A stretch of DNA of 64,000 nucleotides from Malacoraja senta. Taxonomy: Eukaryota. Where the stretch lies: the NCBI GenBank assembly GCA_038087875.1, contig CM075978.1, forward strand, positions 187,302,001-187,366,000, given 5' to 3'. Of this stretch, positions 50,776 to 63,051 are shown one piece after another. The notes under the pieces are model-generated. The model was not told the DNA's origin. It made no database searches and worked only from the letters and a program-made list of their open reading frames with translations. The position numbers and the translations under genes were made by a program. Numbering within the stretch: the stretch's first letter is position 1; each line of letters opens with the position of its first letter.

Positions 50776-52472
50776 TTATGCAATGATAATACCTTACTCG
50801 ATCATGGTGGACAATCAGCAATAACGGACACCATACACCCCCCACCCCCCACCCCCCATGGTCCATTAGAACATGGATCTAATGTAATGTGCAAGTTATT
50901 TTTTACCACCCTCAGTGATTATCACCCTCCACTTAATCTATAGCGTTTGCAGGATCGTTGAATTGATTGTTGTGCAGCGCACAGACTGGGAAAGGGAATT
51001 GAAGTGCAGATGGGCAGAAATGCAAATTGCCAGTTCACTTCATCCACTTTCAGAACACCTTGACAGAATAATGACAGCGTCAATGGATGTGTTGATCACA
51101 ATGCCAGTTGAAGCACGCAGTTGAGTGAAGTTTCTAAGGGATTTTGGAAATATAATGAGAACTCCAGCTGAGAGAAAACCTTTAAAGTAAGAGCCGCTGA
51201 TACAATCTTGTGTCAAATGAAGCAATGATGCAAAATCAACCCCAATTTAAAGATACACCCTCTTGAGCATCTATAACATGGTAAAATGTATTAATGCATT
51301 ACATAGAGCAGTACAGTGCAGGCCCTTTGGCCCATAATATCTGTGCTGAACATAATGCCAAGTTATACCAATCTCCTTTGCCTGCATGTGATTCATATCC
51401 CTCCATTCTCTGCATATCCATGCAGCTATCTAAAAGTCTCTTAAATGTCTTGTAGATAAATTACAATGATTTATCTTCTCCAAATGATAAATATTCAATA
51501 GAGTATTATGTTCCCGTATGTGTGTATAATGTTCTTGGGGCTACAATAATACTTTATGGGATTTTTTTTTAATGCTGTATGTTGTATTAATCATCCAGGT
51601 TTACCATGCGTGATAGGTTGCATGATAGCTCAAGCCATTTTAATTGTGGTAATTGATTTACTTCATATTTATATAATCTAATTAGTAAAAATTCAAAATG
51701 TGTGGCATTCTTCAAGCAGTAAAGAAATTGCAGCAGCTGCTAAACATTTTGTGTTTTCACCTAAATCTCTTCCGTTTTGGAACGTTTCCATAGGTGTTAT
51801 TATTGCATACATTACATCAAGTGGCCAGCGATTGATTATAATTCAGTCAACATTGAAGGTTGAGCACAGGCAGCCAAGGCTTCCAGACTGTTTTGGGCAT
51901 ATTTAAGGGATGAATTTTAAACAAAGGCATCCATTGGAAATCACATACTAATAATGGAATTTGCTTTCATTGAACAGAATTTAAGAACAGCTGGTGGCTT
52001 TTCAGTTTCCACTATGTTGGTGCCAAATTCACACGATAAAACTGTTATTGATTTGCATTTAGGCACCTGTGTTATTGCTGGAGAAAATCCATTGCAGGAA
52101 TGTTAATGCATTGCAGTAATTTTGGCCTGTTGGATATAAAGTTTGTGCCTTTTAAGTATGTATAATAGTTATGGAAATGTTTTGCAGTCTGTATAATGTC
52201 TGGAAACATAAGACTTCTGTTAAAAGCATACCATTTAATTTTGGAATTTTTTTCACAACTGTTCCATGGTTCCAGTAATGGTTTCACTTCATATTTTGGT
52301 GTTAATAACTGAAAATGAAAATCTATGAAGCAGAATTATTTGGTGTGTTTACTTAAATGTTATGCATTTCAAAGACTAATTTGGTCAAAGCCCATGCTTA
52401 CAAACAAAGTATAATAGAATCTATATATCTTACTAAAACTCTTGTCTTGTTTGTTTGATGTATGCGTGCGTG

Positions 52473-52700
52473 TAAGTAAGTACGTTTATTGGCCAAGTAT
52501 TCACATATAAGGAATTTGCCTTGGTGCTCCGCCCACAAGTAACAACATGACATACAGTGACAGTTACGAATGACACAAACACTAAACATTAATAATAATA
52601 ATAAAACATTAATGATAAAACACCATTGATCAAGCATGTGAACCAACAAAATACCAGATCAAAGGGAGGCTACAGATTTTTGGCTGTTGAGTAGAGCGAC
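52473..52700 (-). mobile_element. Rex1/Babar-type LINE 3' end with ~14-bp TSD
   Basis: AATAAAC + (TACT)n tail; flanks TGTATGCGTGCGTG (52459-52472) and TGTATGCGTGTGTG (52701-52714). Confidence 0.7.
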
Positions 52701-53148
52701 TGTATGCGTGTGTGCGATATTCCAAAACCCTGTCAAAACAGTACACGATAGCGCTACAGTTTTTGGCCCACCTTACTCACCATAGTCCTGGGATGTAAAA
52801 GAAAAACGTTTTGTTCAGATTGATGGTATATTTTACAAGTTATTGACATTTTTAAATTTACCACAAAAAAAATCTCCACTTGCCCTGCCCGTCAGCCACG
52901 TTCGACGTCATCACAATGATGTCACAATGGGATCCCAAATCTCATTTGCATGAATAATCTCATTAACAAAAATATATATTTTTTTTAACTCAGTTTTAAT
53001 CAAATTCTTCTGTTTTTATTAACAGCTATCATTACGTTTAGGTTATTTTATAGAAAAACGCGATTTTCATTGAGAATTTCATTTAAATAAAAAACATCGC
53101 AATTTTCATGGGGAGTTCATTTTTTAAAAAACATCGCGATTTGCATTG

Positions 53149-53563
53149 TGGGGGGTGGGATACGGGGGAGGTGAGGAGTGGGTGAGCAGGCGGATAGAGG
53201 GAGAGGAGGGGGTAGGGAGGAGTGAGGGAGAGGAAAGTGGGGGAGGTGAGGAGGGAGAGTTGGGGATAGAGGGAGAGGAGTGGGGGAGGTAGGGAGGGGG
53301 GGGATAGAGGGAGAGTAGGGCAGTGGGGGAGATGAGGAGGGAGAGTGGGGGAGTGGGATAGGGGGAAGTGAGGGGGTGGGGAGCAGGGAGATAGAGGGAG
53401 AGGAGGGGTAAGGGTTATGGAGTGAGGGGTGACTGAGGGTAGGGGAGAGGTGAGGGAGGGAGTGGTGGAGGGGAGGAGGAGAGGGGAAAGAAGAGGGAGG
53501 GTGAAGAGGAGGGGGAGGGAGTACTGGCGGATGAGGGGGAATGGAGGAAGATAGGGGTAGGAA
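53149..53563 (+). repeat. Purine-rich (G/A) low-complexity tract
   Basis: ~410 bp almost entirely G/A, with repeated GGGGATAGAGGGAGAGGAG-type units. Confidence 0.9.
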
Positions 53564-53564
53564 G

Positions 53565-54139
53565 ATAGACAATAGGTGCAGGAGTAGGCCATTTGGCCCT
53601 TTGAGGCAGCACCGCCATTCAATGTGATCATGGCTGATCATCCCAAATCAGTACCCCGTTCCTGCCTTCTCCCCATATCCCCTGACACCGCTATTTTTAA
53701 GAGCCCTATCTAGCTCTCTCTTGAAAGCATCCAGTGAACCTGCCTCTGAGGCAGAGAATTCCACACACTCACCACTCTCTGTGAGAAAAAGTGTTTCCTC
53801 GTCTCCATTCTAAATGGCCTACATCTTATTATTAAACTGTGGCCCCTGGTTCTGGACTCCCCCAACATCGGGAACATGTTTCCTGCCTGTAGTGTGTCCA
53901 ATCCCTTAATAATCTTATATGTTTCAATGAGATCTCTCATCCTTCTAAACTCCACAGTGTACAAGCCCAGCTGCTCCATTCTCTCAGCATATGACAGTCC
54001 GGCCATCCCGGGAATTAACCTTGTAAATCTACGCTGCACTCCCTCAATAGCAAGAATGTCCTTCCTCAAATTAGGGGACCAAAACTGCACACAATACTCC
54101 AGGTGTGGTCTCACTAGGGCTCTGTACAACTGCAGAAGG
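53565..54139 (-). mobile_element. CR1 3' fragment nested in the Helitron
   Basis: ORF 53710-54186: LLQLYRALVRPHLEYCVQFWSP...FFSQRVVSVWNSLP; 3'UTR GGCCTACTCCTGCACCTATTGTCTA. Confidence 0.92.
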
Positions 54140-54461
54140 AGGGATGGCGAGGAGTAGTTGGGGAGGGCTGCTGTGACTCGCGTCACAACGGGGATCTCTG
54201 GCGTTACAACGGGAACCCCTCAGCCGCGCCTGCGCCGTTGGAGGCTATGGGTCAGTGGTGGAATATTTATTTGGGGGACGGGGCCCAACGGGTCCACACT
54301 TGGTCTAGTATTTTATATTATCAAAGACTCGTGAGGGAGATTCAATTTGATTTCCTCTATTCTTACTTTCACCCATCATTCTATTGAGTTGTTAATACAC
54401 ATCGCACCTTTATGTGGATTTATTAAGGAAACGGTGCAAAGAAACCCAGAAAAAAAATTGT

Positions 54462-54832
54462 CATAAGGAATAGGAGTAGAATTAGGCTATTCGCCCCATC
54501 AAGTCTGGCCCATCAATCATGGCTGATCTATCTTTCCCTCCTAACCCCATTCTCCTGCCTTCTCCCCATAACCTCTGATACCCGTACTAATCAAGACTTT
54601 ATCTATCTCTGCTTTAAAAAATATCCACTGACTTGGCCTCTACAGCCTTCTGTGGCGAGGAATTCTACAGATTTACCACCCTAAAGAAATTTCTCCATCA
54701 TCTCCTTCCTAAAAGAACGTCCTTTAATTCTGAGGCGATGACCTCTAGTCCTAGCCTCTCCCACTAGTGGAAACATATTCTCCACATCCACTCTATTCCA
54801 AGCCTTTCACTATTCTGCATGTTTCAATGAGG
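54462..54832 (-). mobile_element. CR1 3' fragment
   Basis: RTRGH.LRIKG, VVNL.NSSPQKAVEA; TCCTTATGAC tail. Confidence 0.85.
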
Positions 54833-55605
54833 TATTTTGGGGTAAATCAGCATCTACGCTGGATTGCTTATTTTATGCACTTAAATATGATGTCCAATCA
54901 GCCACCATCTCCTTTGGATGCTCCTTTGGTCATTGGCACAAGAACAGAAGCATTTTTCTGCCATAGATTCCTTTAACCTGCTTATGAAAAGTTGAAAGGT
55001 CAATATGAATTGCTCATTTAATGGAAATGTTTAAGCAAATGCATAAATAATATCAACGATTAGAAGTTGAAAGAGGAACACCGTCCTTCCAGTTTTGTAC
55101 TTGAGGAAATCCATGTTGTACAAAGTGGCTCTAACAGTTTTGTGCAATTGCAGCATGTTAGTAGAGCTACAATGACAGACATTTTGTATAAGTAATAACT
55201 TGCTGATAAATGACTATAATTTGATTGTTTCAAATATATTTTGTGATGGTGATCCAGTAAAGTGTGTAGAAAATGTTCTCTATTTTAAAAGCGTTATCCT
55301 TTTAATAATGCCCCTGTTTGCAGCAGTCAGATGTTGAGCCTACATGGGGTTTTTCCTGACGGACAGATCAAATAGAAACCAAAAGTGCAATTAAGAATGT
55401 AGTTGTGTCTAAAAATGTCAATCTCTATTTGCATGAATTCCCAATTCTATGCTATTATTTGTTGCCCATTTCAATCAACTTGCAGTTCTGTACAGAATAT
55501 TGCATGTGTGTAATTGAATATAGACATTGGTTTTAACGCACATGTTGGCTGAAGAACAGATGAATCTTTCGGCGAATCTGAAGGAAATATGTGGTGAGAA
55601 GTCTC

Positions 55606-55785
55606 TGCAGGAGATTTTGCCCAGATTATTACTCTGTTAAAAATGAGTGGAGCCAGGTGACAGCAGTCCTGAATTTTGAGTAAATCTTGAACTCGTGCAG
55701 GAGATTTTGCCCAGATTATTACTCTGTTAAAAATGAGTGGAGGCAGGTGACAGCAGTCCTGAATTTTGAGTAAATCTTGAACTCG
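55606..55785. repeat. Tandem duplication, 2 x 90 bp
   Basis: 55606-55695 equals 55696-55785 except one mismatch (AGCC/AGGC). Confidence 0.95.
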
Positions 55786-56374
55786 TTAATTAGTGAGAAG
55801 GTTGTGTACACTGCATGTTCAGTAAAATACTACTTCTGTAATAATTAATCTGAAATTTGGAAGATTTACTGGATGAGCGATATGTCTGGTTCCTGTCTTT
55901 GAACACTTTGGCTCTTTGAATTTTCCCCTCTGTAGGGTTCTGGCAGGTTCACCAAGATGAAAGATGATCTTGGTGTTTATTGCTGCTTCAAATGGCTGAT
56001 GAAAGGATAATGCTTTCTAATCAGGTTTCAGCTAGGTGAAAAGCATATTGCCATTCAGAAACTGAGGACTGCTGTGTTGATCTTTTTGGAAGTTACACAC
56101 GTTGAGCCAAAAAATAAACTGGTAGGCTGAAAATTATAGTTGATGCTTTCCAGAGTGTCTAAGTATTATCTAAGATATTATAAAGTAGCTTTCATGGAAT
56201 TGATCCAGCTTATTGTTTAAGCGGTTTTTAGACTATATGTAATAATCATTGCAGCTGATTTATTATCACCGCACCGCAGATGTTTAACCTGTATTGTAAT
56301 GGGACATCCTTATTGTGACCATGTGGACCATTACTGTAAAATAAGTATGTCCCATTACAATACGAGTTTCCCAC

Positions 56375-56560
56375 TCCCTCTGTGCTCTATATCACCATAA
56401 ATATCTCTCGTTTCCCATTCGCCTAATTCTCAGTCTGAAGAAGGGTCTCGACCCGAAACGTCACCTTTTTCTCCAGAGATGCTGTCTAACCCATTGGGTT
56501 ATCCAGCTTTTTGTTTCTATCTTTGGTTTAAACCAGCATCTGCAGTTCCTTCCTTAACAT
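56375..56560 (+). mobile_element. Penelope-like 3' fragment with intact hammerhead core
   Basis: CTGAAGAAGGGTCTCGACCCGAAACGTC at 56435-56462. Confidence 0.85.
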
Positions 56561-56598
56561 CTAAGAACATCGGTTTAGAACAAAGGAATGGAAATGCT

Positions 56599-56767
56599 AA
56601 AGCCCGTCCCACTTGGGCGACCTAAACAGCAATCTCTGGGCGACCTTGCCCGCAACCATGGTCGCTGCAAGGTCGCCACGAGGTCACAGGAGGTTTTGGT
56701 CACTCGCCTGGAAAGCCTCGAGCTGGATCGACCGAAGCACGAGCTGCATCTACAGACCGCGCGCGCG

Positions 56768-56840
<73 letters not shown>

Positions 56841-57390
56841 CGCGAAGGTGGGGGCCATGGAGAGCGGAGGAGCGCTGTCTGCACGATGAAGAGGAAGGTA
56901 AACGGTTGTCACAGAGCACGGTAAGTCCTTTAGAGAGCGCGGGGTGGGGGGGGGAGAGAAGGAGAGAGAAGGGAAGATAGAAGGGAGAGAGAAGTGGGAG
57001 AGAAGTGGGGGGGAGAAGGAGTGGAGACAGTTTTAAGAAGTTTAATAAAGTTAGCGGGCATTTTACCTAGATCCTGGTCTTCTTACCGGGTCTTCTAGCT
57101 CCTGAAACTCCAATGAGCCAATCAAAATGGCCGGTCAGCGAAGGAGATGGCCTTCGACTGCCTGTAAGTAAATAGCGACCCCACTCCTCTGGCTTTGACC
57201 AAACGGGAACCTATTTTTAGTTGAGGCCGGTTTTAAACATGTTGGGGGGAAAAAGCAACGATCTCGATGAAGCCTCGACCACCTGAAACCACTTTCGACC
57301 ATTAGGGAGAGTGACCAAAACTTCCGGCGACCTCATGGAAACCTTGGGTCGCGGGCAAGGTCACCAGAGGTTTCCGTTCAGGGACAAGGG
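56599..57390. mobile_element. PIF/Harbinger-like non-autonomous element containing (CA)33 at 56774-56839
   Basis: Left end AGCCCGTCCCACTT..CTCTGGGCGACCTTGCCCGC; right end GCGGGCAAGGTCACCAGAG..GGGAC (partly deleted). Confidence 0.65.
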
Positions 57391-58780
57391 TGCATTTTCC
57401 CAATATTGCCAAAAACTGGCAAAGCAGCTTCTGTGGCATCTGGCTCCCATTAAACATAATTACGTCTGACAATTTTAAATCTATTTTAATTGCAGAGACT
57501 GGTGCAAATGAAATGGATCTCCTGGAATAAGTGATAATGCCAGGGTAGACACACCTTATGTTTTTGTCAAGTTCGGTCACTGATGGGACATACCTGGCCA
57601 TTATTTATCAGTATGAAAATCTTAGTTGATTGCCACTTGTTTATAAGTGGTAGCCTAAGATTAAAATGGCTCATGTTTTGTATTCTTAAACAAACTTTAA
57701 ACAAAGTTTAAACAAAGTTTGTAAGTTAATTTGCTTTGGTAAATATTGTGTATTGTCCCGAGTGTGCAGGATAGTGCTGGTATAAGGGGTGATTGCTGGT
57801 TGGTGTGGACTTGGTGGGCCGTAGGGCCTGTTTCCACACTGTCTACATTCTGATCATAATGAACAAGAGGTGCATTTTAACCAAGTCAGTGCTGAGTTTA
57901 TTTTCAATTTTATCTTTTTGTGAAAACGAGCCAAGGCGTTAAGATGCAGAGATCGATTGGGACGTTTGAACTGTATATAAAAAAAGACTTGTTCAATTAG
58001 ATCATGGCTGATGACCTTGGGTCTGTTTATCCACCCAATCCCCATATCCTCTGAATTAAGGTCTCGATTCGAACGTCACCCATTCCTTCTCTCCAGAGAT
58101 GCTGCCTGTTCTGCTGAGCTACTCCAGCTTTTTGTGTCTTTCCCCATATCCTTGAATTCCTTTAATCGGCATGAAACCATCAATCCCAATTTTAAATATA
58201 CTTAATGACTCATCATTTGCAATCCTCTGGTGTAGAGAATTTTAAAAGCTCACAAAGCTGGCGAAAAATGTTTCTCCTTGTTCTGCTGCCTATTTCCTGG
58301 CATTCCTGCCAGGATAACCATCTCTCAATATCTACTGTACCTTCAGAATGTGTAATACCTTCGGCTGCAGTTGAATAATTGTATACCATTAATTGAATGT
58401 TTAATCAGCATTACAGCTAACATTATAGTCTCGGTCATCTGGGATGAATGTTTACGTAAGTTGAATGTGCAGTCTTTTGCAAGACAGTGATTTTCTTGGT
58501 AACGAGCAAGTAGCCCAATGTAGGAGAAACCAGGGCTGAAAAGCAAAGAAGGAGCAAATGAGAAATTAGCTGGCGTCGTCAAGGTCTTTTTTAAAATCCA
58601 GAGATATCCCTTGCCCATCCCTGCCTTGAATAAACTCAGTGACTGAGCCTCCACAGCCTTCTTGGGTAGAGAATTCCAATGATTAATCACTTTTTAGTTA
58701 AATACATTTCTTCTCACTTTGGTTCTACACGGTGAACCTCACTCACTTGTATTGAGAATGTGACACCTGGTTCCAAACAC

Positions 58781-58918
58781 TGGAATGTGGGAGGAAACGG
58801 GGTACCCGGAGGAAACCCACGTGGTCATAGGTAGAACGTGCAAACTCCACACAGGCAGCACCTGTAGTCAGGATTAAACCCAGGTCTCTGGCGCTGTAAG
58901 GCAGCAACTCTATTGCTG
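58781..58918 (-). mobile_element. V-SINE 5' part
   Basis: tRNA-like head and V-domain on the minus strand. Confidence 0.75.
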
Positions 58919-59055
58919 TAAAACTAGAGTAGTAATTAGTTAAATCGGGTAAAGAGAAATAAATAGATTAACGGAGAAAGTATACAAAGGAAAGGCAGTT
59001 AAAATGATTGTTTTTAAAACATTTTAAAGAATCTGCATCATACTGGAATGGAGTA

Positions 59056-59505
59056 TAGAAACATAGAAAATAGGTGCAGGAGGAGGCCATTCGGCCCTTT
59101 GAGCCAGCACCGCCATTCATTGTGATCGTGGCTGATCGTCCCCTATCAATAACCCGTGCCTGCCGTCTCCCCATATCCCTTGACTCCACTAGCCCCTAGA
59201 GCTCTATCTAACTCTCTCTTAAATCCATCCAGTGATTTGGCCTCCACTGCCCTGTGGCAGGGAATTCCATACAACAGTATAGCACAGAAATAGGCCCTTT
59301 GCCTCATTATGTCCGCGCCAAATATGATGCCAAATTAAACTAATTTCCTCTGCTAATCTGCATTCCCTGCATATCTATCTGCCTATCTGAAAGCCCCTTA
59401 AATGCCACTATTGTTTCTGTCTCTCACCCTCCCTGGGAGCGCATTCCAGGCACCCATCATCCTCTATGTGTGTAAAATAAAACTTGCCTTGCACATCCCT
59501 TTTAC
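59056..59505 (-). mobile_element. Two CR1 3' tails (younger inside older)
   Basis: TAGAAACATAGAAAATAGGTGCAGGAGGAGGCC tail; WNSLPQ remnant. Confidence 0.8.
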
Positions 59506-59812
59506 ATTTTACACCAATGAAATTAAATATTTTAAATAGTTCCTATTCTAATCTAGGGAGTCTGATTTTCATTAGATTAACAATTAGCATGTCATCAAAA
59601 GGATGCTTGCACACTTGATTACCTGCTCTAATTTTGTGGCGTATTAATAAGCAATGAATATGCAATTCCTGTGAATTTTTTAGAAACAAGGGATAAAAAC
59701 GACTGACTAGAGACTGACTGATTTTTTTTTTTCTTTAAAATAAAAGCTGTAATTTTAAAAGATCAGAAATGCTGACTGTTTTGAGGCCACATGCACAATT
59801 CAAAATGAAATA

Positions 59813-60187
59813 CAGTACCCTCCATAATGTTTGGGACAAAGACCCATCATTTATTTCCTGAGGAGATGGAAAGACTGGAGGACAGACTAGGTGCTGAGAG
59901 TTCTCTTATACCTGCATTAAGGAGGTATTTAAACACACCTGAGCAATTAAAAACACCTGTGAAGCCATGTGTCCCAAACATTATGCCCTGAAATGGGGGG
60001 AATATGTATAAACACTGCTGTGACTTCTACATGGTGAAACCAAAATGTATAAAAATGGCCTTTATTAAAATCTGACAATGTGCACTTTAACCACATGTGG
60101 GTTTTTTTCTATTACAAATCTCAAATGGTGTACAAAGGCAAATAAATAAATGATGGGTCTTTGTCCCAAACATTATGGAAGGCACTG
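59813..60187. mobile_element. Tc1 family A internal-deletion derivative (MITE-like)
   Basis: TA|CAGTACCCTCCATAATG ... CATTATGGAAGGCACTG|TA; no transposase. Confidence 0.92.
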
Positions 60188-60424
60188 TAAATCTTTTGGC
60201 AGATCTGAGACTCAGTTGAGCAGTAAAAAGGCTGTTTGCTGCAATTCATTACTGTAGATTAGATTTAACTGTTAGGCTGTACTGGAAATATAAGTGTAAA
60301 AGAGTTTATCACGAGTGTAATGAATGTGGCATTTGCTTCTTTGTGTTGACAGTTGTGGAGAATCACAGGTTTATAGTGCTGTTCCTGCAACCACTCCATT
60401 TTTGACAGACTGCTGGAAAAGAAA

Positions 60425-61570
60425 ATGGAGGAACTCAGCAGGTCAGGCAGCATCTGTGGAGTAAAATAGACAGTCAACATTTCAGGTAGACATAAATGCT
60501 GGAGAAACTCAGCGGGTGAGGCAGCATCTATGGAGCGAAGGAAATAGGCAACGTTTCGGGTCGAAACCCTTCTTCAACATCTCAGGTTGAGATCCTTTAT
60601 CTAAGCTGAAAGAATAAGGGCAGTAGCCAGAATAAAGAGGTTCATAAGTGGTAGGAGCAGAATTAGGCCATTTTGGCCCATCAAGTCTACTCCACCATTC
60701 AATCACGGCTGATCTATTTTTCCCTCCTAACCCCATTCTCCTGCTTTTCCCCATAAACCCTGACATCTGCACTAATCAAGAATCTATCTCTGCCTTATCA
60801 ATTGACAGCCTCCACAGGTGGGGAATAAGGGGGAAGTGGCCAGTACAAAAAGGCTGGGGGGGGTAGGGTTGGGAGCCAGGGCTACAAGTGAGCAATGACG
60901 ATGGACACAAAATGCTGGAGTAACTCAGTGGGTCAGGCAGCATCTCTGGGGAAAATGAATAGGTGACATTTTGGCTAGGGTCCCTTCTTCAGTCCCGAAA
61001 TATCACCTATCTGTGTTGTCCAGAGTTGCTGCCTGACCCGCTGAATTGTTCCAGGATTTTGTGTCTATTTTTGCTTTCAACCAGCATCTGCAGTTCTTTT
61101 ATATTACATTAAGTGATAGGTGAACACAGGTAAAAAAGGTTTTATTGGCAGATAAGTCAAATGAGGGAGCAGAAGGTGGAGATAAGCGACAGAAGATGTG
61201 GGGTGGTGATGTGGAGAACATCAGACTGCAGATTCTGGAATCTTATAGGAAAGGAAGGTGAAGAATGGAACTGAAGGAAGGGTGGCAGCAGATGGGAACA
61301 CAGAGGAAGGGGAGGTCGTGAGCAGTCTGGAGGAAGGGGATCCAGTGGGAGTAGTGTTTGGGGGAGAGTGATGGTAGGCTTGGTGTTTAGGTGGGAAGAA
61401 GGGTGTGAGGATCCAGGTTAGATGGAGAGAGAAAGCCATAGAGGGGATGAGGATTATCTGAAATTTGAGAATTCCATATTCATGCCGTTGGTTTGTAGAC
61501 TGCCCATACGGAACATGAGGTACTGTTGCTCTAGTTTACCTTTGGCCTCACCTTGGCAGTGAGGACATTG
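60425..61570. mobile_element. Nested Penelope-like fragments (with a CR1 tail at 60643-60815)
   Basis: Subfamily B core at 60550-60577 (-); fold-back pair 60904-61105; GIY-YIG tail CQGEAKGKLEQQYLMFRMGSLQTNGMNMEFSNFR* (61454-61570, -). Confidence 0.78.
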
Positions 61571-62082
61571 TGGACAGGCAAGTGTGTGATTGGGAAGGAG
61601 AATTAAAAGGGCTGGCAACCACAAGATCCTGTTGTCCACAGTGGATTGAGCGCCAATGCTCAGCAAAGGACAAAGTCGCTTCATTAGAAAGGTTTTCAAC
61701 CTGTACCATCTGTCTCTCTTTTCATATGTTGGCTAGTCTTATGAATGCCTGCAGCATTTTCTGCCTTAATTCAGCCCTTATCGTCTGCTGGTTTCATTTT
61801 TCATTTTCATTCTCTGTGAGTTCTTTAGGCTCCTCTTCAGAGAATGAAAGACTGTTGTGCTTTTAATAGTTCTGCACGATTGCACTTTCAAAACTACCTT
61901 CCCCTAGAGCAGCAAAATGTAAGAGCAATGTTGACAATGGAGCAATCGTAGTTATGAGATGGGCATGCGGGATTGTTTTGTGCCAACGTGCTGTGCAGGA
62001 ACTGGCCTCTTGGACCAACTGGTCTATTCTGGCACATGTTCCATGTGAACTGTCTTCCAGCCCCCTTTGGCTTGCCTCATTA

Positions 62083-62702
62083 AGGGCCTGTCCCACTTAA
62101 GCTATTTTTTAGGCGACTACAGGCGGCTAGGCTGCCACCACATGGCCGCCAGGGTGTTGCCTGTATGGTCGTGAGTCGTCTCCTCAGTCGCCCAAAGAGT
62201 CGTAGCGTCTTTCTGGTCTCCGCTGGATTTTCAACATGTTCAAATTTTTTGCTGACAGTCGGCGACAGTGGGTTGATGCCAGTGAGTGTAGCTTGACTTC
62301 TCCTGACGTAGGTGCTGTCGTAGGTTGTCGCCAGGTGACGTGGGTTGTCGCCGGTGCTGACTTTGGTGAATTCCATTGGCGACTACCTACGTCAATCGGC
62401 AACAGGTACTGGCGACTGAATTGTCTTCAGTTGTCGCCGACAGGGTCGTAGCTTGTCGCGGGTGGATGTAGGTTGACTTTGGTTGTCGTAGGTTGTCGCC
62501 TGTGTGGCCGTAGGTTGTAGTAGGTGGACGTCCTAATGGGTCGCCGGATGTCGGTAGCTTGCTGTAGCTTGACTTCGACTAGGTGGTAGGTTGTTGTAGC
62601 TTGTCGTAAACATCGTCATAAGGGGGTCCAGTCGCTGGTTTTTCAGCGACCTGCTACAACTATGACAGTCGCCTAAAAAATTGCCTATGTGGGACAGGCC
62701 CT
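62083..62702. mobile_element. PIF/Harbinger-like MITE with internal (GTCGTAGGTT)-like repeats
   Basis: ~36-bp TIR AGGGCCTGTCCCACTTAAGCTATTTTTTAGGCGACT; TTA TSD at 62080-62082 and 62703-62705. Confidence 0.88.
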
Positions 62703-63051
62703 TTAATCTATCCATGTTATGAGTACTGCTAGTACGTTGCACCAGAGTCGAGATCTCTCCCAATTATGGGAGCAAAAATATGCAGTAATATCTCTTTGGA
62801 ATCCGGAAACCTTCCCACTGATAAATAGCAAAGTACAGCCATGGTCCACTGATAGTGGATAGTGTTTCATTCCTGCAAAGCTCGTCAGATGCCACCATAT
62901 ATTAGGAAGGAAGTACAAAGGTGCAATAAAATGGTTGCCTGGATCAGAATCCAGGAATGCTTTTGCTGGGCTTCCAGACCAACTAAGCTCCACACACTTG
63001 GGCTTGGAGTGAAGAGAATGAAATATCAATATGGCAGCAACTCACTAGTTT

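Larger units (their letters stand above)
52420..54308 (+). mobile_element. Non-autonomous Helitron with nested insertions
   Basis: 5' A|TCTATATATCTTACTAAAACTC; 3' hairpin GGGCCC-AAC-GGGTCC (54281-54295), then CTAG|T at 54305-54309; no TSD, sits between A and T. Confidence 0.7.

Noticed and set aside
53083-53641. Pro/Ser/Leu-rich ORFs
   Set aside because: Translation of the G/A low-complexity tract; open in several frames for compositional reasons
56575-56980. His-Thr / Val-Cys repeat ORFs
   Set aside because: Produced by the (CA)33 microsatellite
57496-57545. Possible exon after TTTTAATTGCAG
   Set aside because: Weak donor, stop codons in most frames, no other support
606-60992. CRISPR-like recurring 28-bp repeat
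   Set aside because: Copies are dispersed on both strands, kilobases apart, inside larger homologous repeats; eukaryotic context and no cas genes
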